DNA of 64,000 nucleotides from an uncultured bacterium (GCA_964431655.1 CAYSKJ010000001.1:13984-77983); one strand, 5' to 3'; shown: positions 49,446 through 60,175, numbered from the stretch's first letter. Numbers and translations are program-made. The notes: generated by a model from the sequence alone, not told the origin.

Positions 49446-49470
49446 GGCCCTCCGCCGGGAGGGCCTTTTA
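49446..49470. terminator. Rho-independent terminator downstream of ablB, bidirectional with the convergent gene
   Basis: GC-rich hairpin ggccctcc-gccg-ggagggcc followed by ttttaatat; preceded by an A-run serving the minus-strand gene. Confidence 0.7.
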
Positions 49471-49487
49471 ATATAAATGCTTTTTAT

Positions 49488-49994
49488 TTACGGCGTAGAG
49501 GGGCTTGCTTCATCATCATCATCATCCAGGATTTCCAGCGCCACATAGACCGTTGCCCCTGTTACCCCAGTAATAAGAGCGATACCGACAGGCGAGAGGA
49601 AAAAGATACCGGCAGGGCTGGTATTGAGCAGTAAATTCAGGTCAATCAGAACCGCTTCTTCACCGATTATCAGTCTGCCCTGAACATAATAGCTGGAAGC
49701 TTCTGTTGTCTCGTCTACAGTATGGCTGCGGGTGAAAGACTTGACGCGGACTCTGATATCGAATTCACCCGGGGGCACGCTGTCAATCATGTAATAACCC
49801 GTATCATCAGTATAACCAGAAGGATATTCATTTCCTTCATTGTCAATCAGGAAGATTGTCCCGTTTTTTACTGCAGTTTCGCCGTCCCTGTAGAATAGGA
49901 AACCTGAAACCTTGGCTGCGGATACAGCAGGAACAAGAACGAAAAGGTTGATAATACAGAATATCAACAAGTATATCAGTAAAAATTTTCTCAT
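49488..49994 (-). CDS. Secreted carboxypeptidase-regulatory-like (CarbopepD_reg/transthyretin-like) domain protein with C-terminal TM helix and acidic tail
   Basis: Signal peptide MRKFLLIYLLIFCIINLFVLVPAVSA; beta-sandwich pattern GTIFLIDNEGNEYPSGYTDDTGYYMIDSVPPGEFDIRVRV; C-terminal TM helix then DDDDDE; GGAGG RBS before ATG 49994. Confidence 0.5.
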   Translation of the reverse strand: MRKFLLIYLLIFCIINLFVLVPAVSAAKVSGFLFYRDGETAVKNGTIFLIDNEGNEYPSGYTDDTGYYMIDSVPPGEFDIRVRVKSFTRSHTVDETTEASSYYVQGRLIIGEEAVLIDLNLLLNTSPAGIFFLSPVGIALITGVTGATVYVALEILDDDDDEASPSTP

Positions 49995-50079
49995 AAAAAT
50001 CCTCCCTGGGAAATTAACGTAGTTAAAATAAATAATATTATGCAATAGCTATTCTGTCAATAGAATAATTCAAATATTT

Positions 50080-52389
50080 TTAATGGCTGTTTCCTTTCAA
50101 AAGGGTATCTACAAAACTTTCGGGTTCAAAGGGCATAAGATCATAGGCCTTTTCACCCACGCCTATGTATTTTATGGGAAGATCAAGCTCTTCCGATATG
50201 GCAGCAATTATGCCTCCCCTGGCGGTTCCGTCAAGCTTGGTAAGTACAATCCCGTTAATATCTACTATCTGCTTGAACTGCTTTGCCTGAGAGATTGCAT
50301 TCTGGCCATTGGTAGCATCCAGCACCAGTATTGTTGAATGGGGAGCTCCGGGGAGCTGTTTGCTGACTGTCCTCTTTATCTTTTCAAGTTCCTGCATAAG
50401 ATTGGTTTTGGTATGAAGCCTGCCAGCCGTGTCTATTATAAGGACATCATGGTTTTTAGCCTTAATGGAATTTACAGCATCAAATGCCACAGCAGACGGG
50501 TCTGCCCCCTCCTTGTGGGAGACCATGGGGACATTAAGCCTTTGAGCCCATATTTCCAGCTGCTGTATGGCTGCTGCACGAAAAGTGTCGCATGCTGCAA
50601 TCATAATGGTTTTGCCTTCCTTCTGGAACTGCAGGGCGAGCTTTGCAATGGTGGTTGTTTTACCTACTCCGTTTACCCCGACAACCATTATTACATAAGG
50701 CTTAGGGGACGAGGCATCAATGGGGCCGGTTCCTGGTCTCGACAGGACATTTACCAGATGCTGTCTGATATAGGAAATGAGAAGGGACGGTTCCTTTTTT
50801 TCTCTGGGGCTGAGGTCCTTTTCAATGTTTGTGATTATTCTGGATGTTACACCTACCCCTATATCGCTCAAGATCAGCAGCTCCTCGAGCTCTTCGGCCA
50901 TATCCTCATCCATCATGCCCCTGGCTCTGTTTAAAAAGGCATTTAAGCGGCCGTAAAACTGGTCCTGGGTCTTGGAAAGACCCTCTCTCAGGCGGTTGAT
51001 AAGTTTTTTTCGGGAGAGGGTGTCCTCCAGAAATTCCTTGACTTTAAGCTCCTGAGAGCTGAGTTCCCCTGATTTTTCCTGCTTTTTGTAATCCCTGGAT
51101 ATGCTTTTCATGAGTTCAACTGATTCAGTATACAGGGAGGTGTCTTTGAATTTATTTTCTATTTCTGAAAGAAAATCAACAGCTTCAGCATAGTTCCCGT
51201 TTCCGGCAAGAAGCTTTGCAAACAGGAGAAGGTGCTTTGGTGCAAAATGGGACCTGTCGGTCCTGGATATATCATCAAAAATTTTTAGTGACTGATTGTT
51301 TCTCTGCTGATGGTAATATAGCTCAGCAAGGATCAGCCTGGCATGTGTCCCCAGTGCATGACCTGATTCAGGATTCCTTGATGCTTCTTTCATGCCTCGT
51401 TCAATTTTTTTAGATACCGGGTCTTCAATTTCCAGAACCTTTCCGTTGTCGGACAGTTCTCTGATAAGCCCGGCGGCCGCTTTTATGCTGTTTTCATCAA
51501 AAAAAGGCTGATCCAGGATAGATGAGAGGTATTGAATGCTCAGCTCCTGATTTTTCATCCGGCTGTATATAAGCCCCAGCTGTAGAAGAAAGGGGTTTTT
51601 ATTCTTATCAGGGACAGCATCCAGGGATTCTTTCAGTATATCCGCGGCTTTCCTGTAATTTTCCTGTTCTGAGAATATTCTGGCAAAAGCAAGGATATCC
51701 TCCGGCACGATATCTTTACGGGAGTATTTTTTATGCAGACTGTTTTTAAGTTCTTTTAAGATGGCATGAACCTTAAGAGATAATTCGGCATTCTCGGTAT
51801 ATTTCAAAAGAGAGCAGACAGTCTCCAAAGCACTGATATTGTCACCGGTATTTACAAAGTACTTTCCCTTTAAAAATCTGTATGCAGGGTCACTTCGGTC
51901 AAGTTCACTTATTTGACCCATTTCCACCATATCCATTAGCATGGAAAAGGCTTCCGGGTTGTCATGCCTGATGAAAAAATCAAGGCCTTTCATTGCAATA
52001 TCTTTGGTTCTGAAGGATTTAATATTTTTTATCGCTGAAACGGCATAATCGGCCAGGATTCTTGAATCACCGCCGGAAAGAAAGGACGGTTCTATAAGAT
52101 CAAAGCCGGAAAAAAGCTCGCCTGCAATTTCCGCATTATCCTTTACCTGATCCAGGCGGGGAAGGATAAAGGCCAGAGAATCGGCAATCCTTCCAGTCCT
52201 TGCAAGAGATGTATACTTAGGCTGTATAAGCAGATCCTGCTCGAAACCCGGTGTCTTTTCCAGTTCCCTGATAACCTTAAGGCACAGCTTAGGGTCTTTT
52301 AAAGCAAGGGTTCTTAGTTCATCCCCGGGGTGTACTGAATTAAGTATTTCCCTGGTTAGTGCATGAGATTTTGATTTAATAAAGAGCAT
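50080..52389 (-). CDS. ftsY: Signal recognition particle receptor FtsY with long (~460 aa) TPR-like N-terminal extension
   Basis: C-terminal NG domain: [33 protein letters not shown]; NG domain C-terminal as in FtsY; N-terminal region helical-repeat rich. Confidence 0.85.
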   Translation of the reverse strand: MLFIKSKSHALTREILNSVHPGDELRTLALKDPKLCLKVIRELEKTPGFEQDLLIQPKYTSLARTGRIADSLAFILPRLDQVKDNAEIAGELFSGFDLIEPSFLSGGDSRILADYAVSAIKNIKSFRTKDIAMKGLDFFIRHDNPEAFSMLMDMVEMGQISELDRSDPAYRFLKGKYFVNTGDNISALETVCSLLKYTENAELSLKVHAILKELKNSLHKKYSRKDIVPEDILAFARIFSEQENYRKAADILKESLDAVPDKNKNPFLLQLGLIYSRMKNQELSIQYLSSILDQPFFDENSIKAAAGLIRELSDNGKVLEIEDPVSKKIERGMKEASRNPESGHALGTHARLILAELYYHQQRNNQSLKIFDDISRTDRSHFAPKHLLLFAKLLAGNGNYAEAVDFLSEIENKFKDTSLYTESVELMKSISRDYKKQEKSGELSSQELKVKEFLEDTLSRKKLINRLREGLSKTQDQFYGRLNAFLNRARGMMDEDMAEELEELLILSDIGVGVTSRIITNIEKDLSPREKKEPSLLISYIRQHLVNVLSRPGTGPIDASSPKPYVIMVVGVNGVGKTTTIAKLALQFQKEGKTIMIAACDTFRAAAIQQLEIWAQRLNVPMVSHKEGADPSAVAFDAVNSIKAKNHDVLIIDTAGRLHTKTNLMQELEKIKRTVSKQLPGAPHSTILVLDATNGQNAISQAKQFKQIVDINGIVLTKLDGTARGGIIAAISEELDLPIKYIGVGEKAYDLMPFEPESFVDTLLKGNSH

Positions 52390-52405
52390 TTTGTACTTAA
52401 ACCTG

Positions 52406-53194
52406 CTATTCTACCAGGGTTTCAATACCTTCAAGATTTATCAGCCTCTGCCTTATGGCTCTTGCAAGGTCTTCAGGGCAATCAGGGCTGTTCAGGGCTT
52501 TTTTATAATTCTCAACGGCAGCAGGCCTGTTGTTTTTCAGTTCATAGACCTGGGCGATATTATATATAAACTGAGGGATGTCCGGCTGAATTGCAAGAGC
52601 CCTCTGAAAAATGTCAAGGCTGTCATTGTACCTTTTGGTATCCTTGTAAAGAAGCCCAAGCTGAAGGTAGCTGTATAGAAAGTCGGGAGCTATTTCCACA
52701 GATTTCTGGAGTTCCGATATGGCCAGGTCCTTTTTGTTCTCCTTTATGAAAATCAGGGCAAGATTATAGTGAGCAAGCTCAGGAGTCGGGTAGGCTTTAT
52801 TTTTTAATACTTCAACAAAATGGCTTTTAGCCTTATCATACTGGCCTGTCTCGGCATAGAGGACACCCAGGTTGTTGTGGGTATCAAAGAATCCAGGCTC
52901 AAGCTTCAGGGCATCCCTGAAATAATCTTCAGCGCTCTTAAAATCCTTGAGGCCTTTATAGGCAAGCCCTATGGCGTTTACGAGGACAGGGTCGTTTTTA
53001 ATCCCCTGGTATGCCTGTTTCAGCTCCTTCAGGGCCTGTCCAAAATCACCGTTGTCAAGAAACCTCATGCCTATCCTCATATGTGCCTGGGCAGTCTGCA
53101 TGTCGGAAACCTTTTTTTCAGTCCTCCGGGCAGAGGAACATCCTGTCAGAATTATAAAAATTGCCACCAGGGCAATAAGGCTAATTTTCTTCAT
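52406..53194 (-). CDS. TPR-repeat lipoprotein (PilF/PilW-like)
   Basis: Lipobox IILTGCSS after signal peptide; about six TPR repeats; 262 aa. Confidence 0.7.
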   Translation of the reverse strand: MKKISLIALVAIFIILTGCSSARRTEKKVSDMQTAQAHMRIGMRFLDNGDFGQALKELKQAYQGIKNDPVLVNAIGLAYKGLKDFKSAEDYFRDALKLEPGFFDTHNNLGVLYAETGQYDKAKSHFVEVLKNKAYPTPELAHYNLALIFIKENKKDLAISELQKSVEIAPDFLYSYLQLGLLYKDTKRYNDSLDIFQRALAIQPDIPQFIYNIAQVYELKNNRPAAVENYKKALNSPDCPEDLARAIRQRLINLEGIETLVE

Positions 53195-54863
53195 GGAAAT
53201 TTCTCCTTATAGATTCATAATATGCGTTTTCAAAAGCTATAACAATCTTAGGGTCATATTTTGTACCCGACCATTCAATGACTTTTGCCAGGACATCATC
53301 AGGATCCCACCTGTTCTGGTAGGGACGGTCTGTGGTCATGGCGTCAAAGGTGTCGGCAATGGCAATTATACGGGCCTCAAGGGGTATAAGTTCTCCTCTG
53401 ATTTTATCGGGATAACCCGAGCCGTCCCATTTTTCGTGATGGTGCTTCATTCCGGGAATTATATCATGCAGTTTTGTTATGCTGCCCATGATATTTGCCC
53501 CGTAAATCGGGTGTTTCTGCATTTCCCTGTATTCTTCGTCATCAAGTATGCCGGGTTTCTGGAGTATGCTGTCAACTATGCCTATCTTGCCTACATCATG
53601 AAGAAGTGCAGCTATCTTTACCTTTTTGATTATATTGGGGGGCAGGCCCAGTGAAAAGGCTATGGCAACACTGTACCTTGTAACCCTTTCGGAATGGCCC
53701 TTTGTATAGGGGTCTTTGGCATCAATGGAAGATGCCAGGGCCTGTATGCTCTGAAAGAAAAGCTCCTCATTATCCTTTGCTGCTTTCTCCAGCTGAACGA
53801 TATACTCCTTGATCTTCCTGGTCATAAGGTTGAAGGTATTGGCAAGACTGCCAATCTCATTCTTTGATTTTATATTAATCATCTGCGAATACTCGCCGTC
53901 AGCTATGGACCTTGATTTCTGTTCAAAGAGCATTATAGGGTTGGAGAGCCTTTTGGCCAGGATATAGCTTACCATGGCAACAGCAACCATTGTAGTCAGA
54001 AGGATGGTAAGGGATACATAAATTATCTCCGAAATCTGTATCCTGCTTTCCTCTTCGAGCCTTCTGACATAGAAGAGGGCTGTTTTTATCGGTGACTGGG
54101 ATATAATCCCCCAGTTCAGATTGAACATGCTGACATTTGCAAAGGCTCCGAATATATTCTCCCTGTTCTGGTCATGGTATGTGATGGAGCCGGATCCCAT
54201 TCCCAGGAGAGCAGTCTCCACAACCTCCTGGTTACCCATGTACTGCCTGTCTATCATAATATCCCTGTTGCTGTGATAGACAGCAAATCCATTCTGATCA
54301 ACCACAAAGACTGTGCTTTGCCTGTAGTCCTGGCTGAATATCTCCTCAAAAGGCGTATATAGATTGGAACACATCTTCAGAATGACCTCATTCTTATCTT
54401 TCATGTCTGCAAGAGTGTAAAAGCAGAAATAGGAGAATATTTCATTATTGGATTCATACAGATCCAGATGTTCAATGTATATTCCATACCTGCTGATGTT
54501 TGCCGTGAGTTCAGGGTCTGAACCGGATTCAATCACGGAGAATACGCTCTGGGCACCGCTGTTGATATTTTCCAGGGCTTCATCAAGCTCTGAATAGTTA
54601 AGGGCTTTTATGATACTGCCGGCACTGCTGAGTGTATTGATATATCCGGAAAAAAGGATATTAATCTCCTTGGCCAGGGATTTTACCCTGGATACTTCAG
54701 TCTCCTGCAGGTTGGCTATTAGAGTATCCTGGTATTTGTAAATCATGTCCTTGGTAATCTTCTGAGTACTTTTCAAATTAAAAAAGGTAGCAGCAATTAA
54801 GGGAATAATGGATATCAGCAGGGTTGAGACAAGTATCTCGGTCAGTATGGTTCTAATCTTCAT
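53181..54863 (-). CDS. HD-GYP domain c-di-GMP phosphodiesterase with N-terminal periplasmic sensor, TM and HAMP-like region
   Basis: HD motif LHDVGKIGI and GYP motif HHEKWDGSGYP; two TM segments flanking a ~250-aa extracytoplasmic domain. Confidence 0.85.
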   Translation of the reverse strand: MKIRTILTEILVSTLLISIIPLIAATFFNLKSTQKITKDMIYKYQDTLIANLQETEVSRVKSLAKEINILFSGYINTLSSAGSIIKALNYSELDEALENINSGAQSVFSVIESGSDPELTANISRYGIYIEHLDLYESNNEIFSYFCFYTLADMKDKNEVILKMCSNLYTPFEEIFSQDYRQSTVFVVDQNGFAVYHSNRDIMIDRQYMGNQEVVETALLGMGSGSITYHDQNRENIFGAFANVSMFNLNWGIISQSPIKTALFYVRRLEEESRIQISEIIYVSLTILLTTMVAVAMVSYILAKRLSNPIMLFEQKSRSIADGEYSQMINIKSKNEIGSLANTFNLMTRKIKEYIVQLEKAAKDNEELFFQSIQALASSIDAKDPYTKGHSERVTRYSVAIAFSLGLPPNIIKKVKIAALLHDVGKIGIVDSILQKPGILDDEEYREMQKHPIYGANIMGSITKLHDIIPGMKHHHEKWDGSGYPDKIRGELIPLEARIIAIADTFDAMTTDRPYQNRWDPDDVLAKVIEWSGTKYDPKIVIAFENAYYESIRRNFHEEN

Positions 54864-55980
54864 TGCCTGGCCTGCTGTCAGGACCGGTATTCATGGGAGG
54901 CAGTTCTGTTAAGGTTTCACCGGTCAGTTCATAAGCCAGGACCTTCTGGGTTTTTCCTTTAAGGAGAAGTTCTCCCAGGGGTCTGGCACAGAAATAACTT
55001 TTTGTGTTTATATAGGTCTCCTCACCTATGGTAACATACTGGGGCCTTGATACCGATTCCAGTCTTTTTGCCACGTTTACCGCGTCTCCCAGCGCAGTAT
55101 ATTCCATTCGTATATCTGAGCCCAGGTTACCTGCCACCACCTTGCCGGTGTTTATGCCTACCCTTATCGAAAACCGCTGGTCATGAGGAAGATCACTATT
55201 CAATCTTTCCACCTCCCGGATCATTTCTATGCCGCACTTCACTGCTTTTAACGGATTGAACTGGTCGTAATGGGGCGCACCGAATAAGGCCATAATGCCG
55301 TCGCCCATGAACTTATCCACAATGCCGCCATTATCAAAGATGACCTTGGTCATGGAATTAAGGTATTTATTGAGGAATACAGCAACCTGAGGCGGAGGAA
55401 GCATTTCGGAAAGCCTGCTGAAATCCTTTACATCGCAAAAAAGGACTGAAAGGGTCGTTTTCTGCAGGTCTAAGGTATTTCTTTCCTTACCTATATTGCT
55501 TACAATTACCTCTACGATATCAGGGCTGAAGTACCTCTGAAGATTATTCCTGATATTTCTTTCTGCTATTATATTGTCCATAAGCCTGACTTTATGAACA
55601 GCCAGGGCAATATTGTTGGCTATGGTAATAAGAAGGGACATATCATCCTTGCTGAATATATTTTCACTTATAAGGCTGTCGAGGTAGATGACTCCTATCA
55701 CCTGGTCTTCCAGCCATAAGGGAACGCAGAGAACACTCCGGATGCCGTACATATGTATGGAATCGCCGGCTTTGAACCTTGGATCGAGCACGGCATTACT
55801 GGTGATAATACCCACCCTTTCATTGAATACCTTGTTCAGGATGGTTGTGCTGATCTTTATATTGTTGTCAAACCTGTTATCTTTGCTCTTTGTGGCCTTT
55901 ATTTTCAGTTTTTTTGCGTTTTCGTCGTAAAGAAGGATAAAACCTCTGTCGGATGAGAATACATCAAAAAGCAGAGCCAT
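54853..55980 (-). CDS. GAF domain-containing class III adenylate/guanylate cyclase
   Basis: CHD motifs LFCDVKDFSRL, FMGDGIMALFGAP, RVGINTGKVVAGNLG; N-terminal GAF; start set at MALLFDVF (55980); upstream part of the 432-aa ORF to 56151 is the duplicated MATE sequence read in another frame. Confidence 0.8.
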   Translation of the reverse strand: MALLFDVFSSDRGFILLYDENAKKLKIKATKSKDNRFDNNIKISTTILNKVFNERVGIITSNAVLDPRFKAGDSIHMYGIRSVLCVPLWLEDQVIGVIYLDSLISENIFSKDDMSLLITIANNIALAVHKVRLMDNIIAERNIRNNLQRYFSPDIVEVIVSNIGKERNTLDLQKTTLSVLFCDVKDFSRLSEMLPPPQVAVFLNKYLNSMTKVIFDNGGIVDKFMGDGIMALFGAPHYDQFNPLKAVKCGIEMIREVERLNSDLPHDQRFSIRVGINTGKVVAGNLGSDIRMEYTALGDAVNVAKRLESVSRPQYVTIGEETYINTKSYFCARPLGELLLKGKTQKVLAYELTGETLTELPPMNTGPDSRPGNED

Positions 55981-56002
55981 GATATTTTCAAGCAGTGATT
56001 CA

Positions 56003-56702
56003 AGCTTAAAGGCCGCCTTAAACCTGAGGCACGGTACCTGCTCAGAAAATTCAGATTCAATACCCGGTATGCCATCACGCATCCCGATATACGTGAAATT
56101 ACTGTTGCCAGAGCAGCGCCCCGGATGCCCATTTCGGGGAAGAAAAACCACCCGAAGATCAGTATCGGGTCAAGGATTATATTTATTATCAGGCTTGTTA
56201 TAAGTATCTTAAAAAATACAATATTATTGCCTATTGCATTGAATGTATTGCCGAGGACCTGATAGAAGAACAGAAAAAAGGAGCTTATTATCATGATGCT
56301 TGTATAGGTAACCCCCTGCGAGCTGACAAGGGAGTCGGAGGTCATGAATCTGAATAACAGGGGTATTACCCAAAGCCCCGTTAATATGAAAAGTACGCTA
56401 AGTACAGCGCACAGTACCGCCGAGGTCCTGAATACATCAACAGAGCTTTCAAAGTTTTTCTCGCCTATTCTCCTGGCAATGATCGAGGTCTGGCCGGTGG
56501 CAATAATGCTCCCTATGCTCATTATACCCCATAGAATAAAGGATGAAACTGATATGGCAGCTATGCTGTGATGCCCTAACTTCCCTATCCAGAATATATC
56601 AATGAGCTCGAAGGCTGATTGAAACACCATCATCCCTATTGCCGGAAAGGCAAGGCGCAAAATGTTCCTGTTCAATGAGCCTGTTGTCAGATCCCTGTAC
56701 AT
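56003..56702 (-). pseudogene. 5-prime-truncated duplicate of the MATE efflux gene (N-terminal 233 codons only, cut at the duplication junction)
   Basis: Identical to codons 1-233 of the MATE gene at 30792..32141; reading frame runs into unrelated sequence after 56003 and terminates at 55905 (chimeric 265-aa ORF). Confidence 0.85.
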
Positions 56703-56874
56703 GATGAATAATCTTATTAATGGAAAAAGCGGTTAATTGCAAATGAAAAATTTGCCGAAGTATGAGCTGCATATTATGCCTCACAAAGCTGAATATCAAA
56801 TTTAAATATTGACATAAAAAAGATATACGGTTAACATACCCTGTCATTTTATCATTATTAGCTGGAGGCTCGAT

Positions 56875-59643
56875 ATGGACAGTCAAAAAATAAAGGAGAC
56901 CCTTAATCTTCCAAGGACAGGATTTCCCATGAAGGCGAATCTGTCTGCCAACGAACCGAAAATACTGGAATTCTGGGAGAAAGAGGGTATTTATCATGCG
57001 ATAAGGGAAAATAAATCAGGCCTGCCAAAATTCATACTTCATGACGGCCCGCCTTATGCTACAGGCCATATACATATCGGCACAGCCCTCAACAAGGTTT
57101 TAAAGGATTTTATTGTTAAATATAAAAATATTACAGGTTTTGACGCACCCTATGTTCCTGGCTGGGATTGCCACGGGCTGCCCATTGAGAATAAGGTTGA
57201 AAAAACCATGAAAGATAAAAAGGAATCCCTTTCAAAACTTGAGATTCGGAAAAGATGCTATGATTATGCCGTATCCTATGTTGATATAATGCGTGAGGAA
57301 TTCAAGAGGCTGGGAGTTCTGGGCCGGTGGGAAGAACCCTATCTGACCCTGAACCCTGTTTATGAGGCGGTTATCCTCAGGGTTCTCGCATCAGCAGTCA
57401 GGCAGGGGTATGTCTACCGCCAGCTCAAACCCATACACTGGTGCATGGGGTGTACAACCGCCCTGGCAGAGGCGGAGCTTGAATATTCGGATGCAGAATC
57501 GGATTCCATATTCGTGAGGTTTGCTCTCAAGAGGGCAGGTATTGCAAGTCCCCTTAAGGAATATGAAGGCAGAGAAAATGTCTTCTTTATGATCTGGACC
57601 ACCACTCCCTGGACCATACCTGCAAATATGGCCCTGGCAGTCCATCCGGACCTGGATTACGGCATTTACAGCGTTGACGGTGAGTTGCTTATACTTGCCA
57701 GTGAGCTGAAGGATAGCCTTGAATCAAAACTGGGTATCGGCTCTTTTAAGCTGTTGAAACAGTTCAGGGGCAATATGCTGGAAGGGGATATCGCCCGGCA
57801 TCCCCTTATAGACAGGGAGTCTGCAGTAGTTCTGGCAAACTATGTAACCCTTGAACAGGGTTCAGGTATTGTGCATACAGCACCGGGGCACGGCCAGGAA
57901 GATTATCAGACCGGACAGAAATACAATATAGAAACCTTCTGCCCGGTGGATGAAAAGGGGAGATTCACCAGCGGATTCGCACCCTTTGAGGGGGTCAATG
58001 TCTTTGAATCAAACCCCGGTATAGTACAGATGCTCAAAGACAGGGGCATGTTATTGAAAAGCGAGAGCTTTTCCCATTCCTATCCCCATTGCTGGAGATG
58101 CAAAAAACCTGTTATATTCAGGGCGACAGAGCAGTGGTTTATAAATATTGACCACAACGGCCTGAGAAAAAAAGCCCTGGACAGTATCCGGAGCGTTGAC
58201 TGGATACCAGGCTGGGGTATGAACAGGATATATGCCATGATAGAGAACAGACCCGACTGGTGCATTTCAAGGCAGAGAAACTGGGGAGTTCCCATCGTTG
58301 CAGTAAAGTGCAGTGACTGCGGAGAGATAAGCATCGATGCTGACCTTATAGACAGGGTAGCGGATATTGTTGAAAAAGAAGGTATAGGTATCTATTTTGA
58401 AAAGAATATAAGGGAAATAATCCCCGGTTTGAAATGCCCGCGGTGCGAATCGCATAATATAATACAGGAAGAGGACATACTGGATGTATGGTTTGAATCC
58501 GGGGTATCCCATAAGGCTGTTCTGACAACCAATGAGGAGCTGTCCTGGCCTTCGGACCTGTATCTTGAAGGTAGCGACCAGCACAGGGGATGGTTCAATT
58601 CTTCCCTAATACTTTCACTGATATCGGAAAAGACCCCCCCTTACAGGCAGGTACTGACCCATGGTTTTGTCGTTGATGAGCAGGGGAAAAAGATGTCCAA
58701 GTCTCTGGGTAATTTTATCAGCCATGAGGATATAATCGGAAAGTACGGCGGAGACATACTTAGGATGTGGGTTGCATCCGAGGATTACAGGGAGGATATA
58801 AGGGTATCCAGAAACATCATTGACAATCTTTCGGAAAGCTACAGGAAGATAAGAAACACCTTCCGCTTTGCACTTTCAAATCTCTATGATTTCAACCCTG
58901 ATAAGGACATGGTAAGGCTTGAGAATATGACCGGCCTGGATAAATTCTATTTTGAAAAGTATCTAGCTATTGCAGAAAGGATAAAATCTGCCTACGAGAA
59001 GTACAATTTCCATATTGTTGTCCAGAACCTTGTCAACTTTGCCAGCATTGACCTGTCAAGCCAGTACCATGACATTATCAAGGACAGGCTCTATGTAAAC
59101 AGGGCTGACAGCAGGGAGAGGAGGAGCACCCAGAGCTGCATATACAGGATAATAAAGGGGCTTCTGACCCTTTCTTCCCCGATTCTGTCCTTTACAGCCG
59201 ACGAAGCATGGCAGTATCTTCCTAAATCATCCAAAGATCCTGTCAGCGTTCATCTCTCCACTCTCGGGGAATATGGTTTTCATTTTGAAAAAACAGGTAT
59301 TTTTGAGGACATTTTGAGCATAAGGTCTGCAGTATCCAAAAAGCTGGAAATCCTGAGGAAAGAGAATGTAATCGGCTTGTCCCTGGATTCTCATGTGAGC
59401 ATCAAAATACCTGCAAGGCTCTTTGAACAGCTCAATTGCATGAAAGATGAGCTGAAAGAGATATTGATGATATCGGAAATAGAGCTTGTTAAATCAGAGG
59501 AAAAAGAAAAGGATACTGTTGAGGAATCAATAGAAATATCTGCAAAAAAGCATGACGGGGAGAAATGCCCCCGATGCTGGCGGTATTTTTACAAAAGCCA
59601 GGAACTGTGTCCGAGATGTTCCTCCATAATAAAAGATATTTAG
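56875..59643 (+). CDS. ileS: Isoleucyl-tRNA synthetase, second identical copy
   Basis: 922-aa translation identical to 32314..35082. Confidence 0.9.
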   Translation: MDSQKIKETLNLPRTGFPMKANLSANEPKILEFWEKEGIYHAIRENKSGLPKFILHDGPPYATGHIHIGTALNKVLKDFIVKYKNITGFDAPYVPGWDCHGLPIENKVEKTMKDKKESLSKLEIRKRCYDYAVSYVDIMREEFKRLGVLGRWEEPYLTLNPVYEAVILRVLASAVRQGYVYRQLKPIHWCMGCTTALAEAELEYSDAESDSIFVRFALKRAGIASPLKEYEGRENVFFMIWTTTPWTIPANMALAVHPDLDYGIYSVDGELLILASELKDSLESKLGIGSFKLLKQFRGNMLEGDIARHPLIDRESAVVLANYVTLEQGSGIVHTAPGHGQEDYQTGQKYNIETFCPVDEKGRFTSGFAPFEGVNVFESNPGIVQMLKDRGMLLKSESFSHSYPHCWRCKKPVIFRATEQWFINIDHNGLRKKALDSIRSVDWIPGWGMNRIYAMIENRPDWCISRQRNWGVPIVAVKCSDCGEISIDADLIDRVADIVEKEGIGIYFEKNIREIIPGLKCPRCESHNIIQEEDILDVWFESGVSHKAVLTTNEELSWPSDLYLEGSDQHRGWFNSSLILSLISEKTPPYRQVLTHGFVVDEQGKKMSKSLGNFISHEDIIGKYGGDILRMWVASEDYREDIRVSRNIIDNLSESYRKIRNTFRFALSNLYDFNPDKDMVRLENMTGLDKFYFEKYLAIAERIKSAYEKYNFHIVVQNLVNFASIDLSSQYHDIIKDRLYVNRADSRERRSTQSCIYRIIKGLLTLSSPILSFTADEAWQYLPKSSKDPVSVHLSTLGEYGFHFEKTGIFEDILSIRSAVSKKLEILRKENVIGLSLDSHVSIKIPARLFEQLNCMKDELKEILMISEIELVKSEEKEKDTVEESIEISAKKHDGEKCPRCWRYFYKSQELCPRCSSIIKDI

Positions 59644-59644
59644 C

Positions 59645-60175
59645 ATGATGTTTAAGAAAAACCCTGCAGGGGCATTTGTGTTATTCCTGCTGTCAGTTGC
59701 TGTTATTGACCAGCTGAGCAAGTTTTATATTCTCAGGCTAAATGCTCTGGACCCTGGGGCTCTGCTTTCGGGTATCCCTATAATAATCGGTTTCCTCGAG
59801 ATAACCCTGACCTATAATCAGGGCATCATTTTTGGTTTTCTTGGGAATGCCAATAATCTGGTGATACTAACACTTAATATATTCATACTTGCAGGGGTAT
59901 TTATCTTTGTTGCCATGGATATAAAAAGGGGCAGGACGGGGCTTTTATATCTCGGGGGCTTCGGTCTGATTCTGGGAGGAGCCCTGGGGAATATCCTTGA
60001 CAGGATAATTGTAGGAAAGGTCATAGATTTCATTAAGGTATATATAACATCTGATTTTATATGGCCAATATTCAATATTGCCGATTCAGCAATAACCGTC
60101 GGAATAATCCTGGTATTTGCTGATATGATTTTTTTTGACAGGGAGAGTAAGATAAATGCACCCGATACTGCTTGA
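59645..60175 (+). CDS. lspA: Lipoprotein signal peptidase, second identical copy
   Basis: Identical to 35084..35614. Confidence 0.9.
   Translation: MMFKKNPAGAFVLFLLSVAVIDQLSKFYILRLNALDPGALLSGIPIIIGFLEITLTYNQGIIFGFLGNANNLVILTLNIFILAGVFIFVAMDIKRGRTGLLYLGGFGLILGGALGNILDRIIVGKVIDFIKVYITSDFIWPIFNIADSAITVGIILVFADMIFFDRESKINAPDTA

Noticed and set aside
56003-56151. N-terminal 57 residues of the 432-aa ORF 54853..56151 as part of the adenylate cyclase
   Set aside because: This stretch is the duplicated MATE sequence read in another frame; the GAF domain begins at the internal Met (55980), so the longer ORF is an artefact of the junction.
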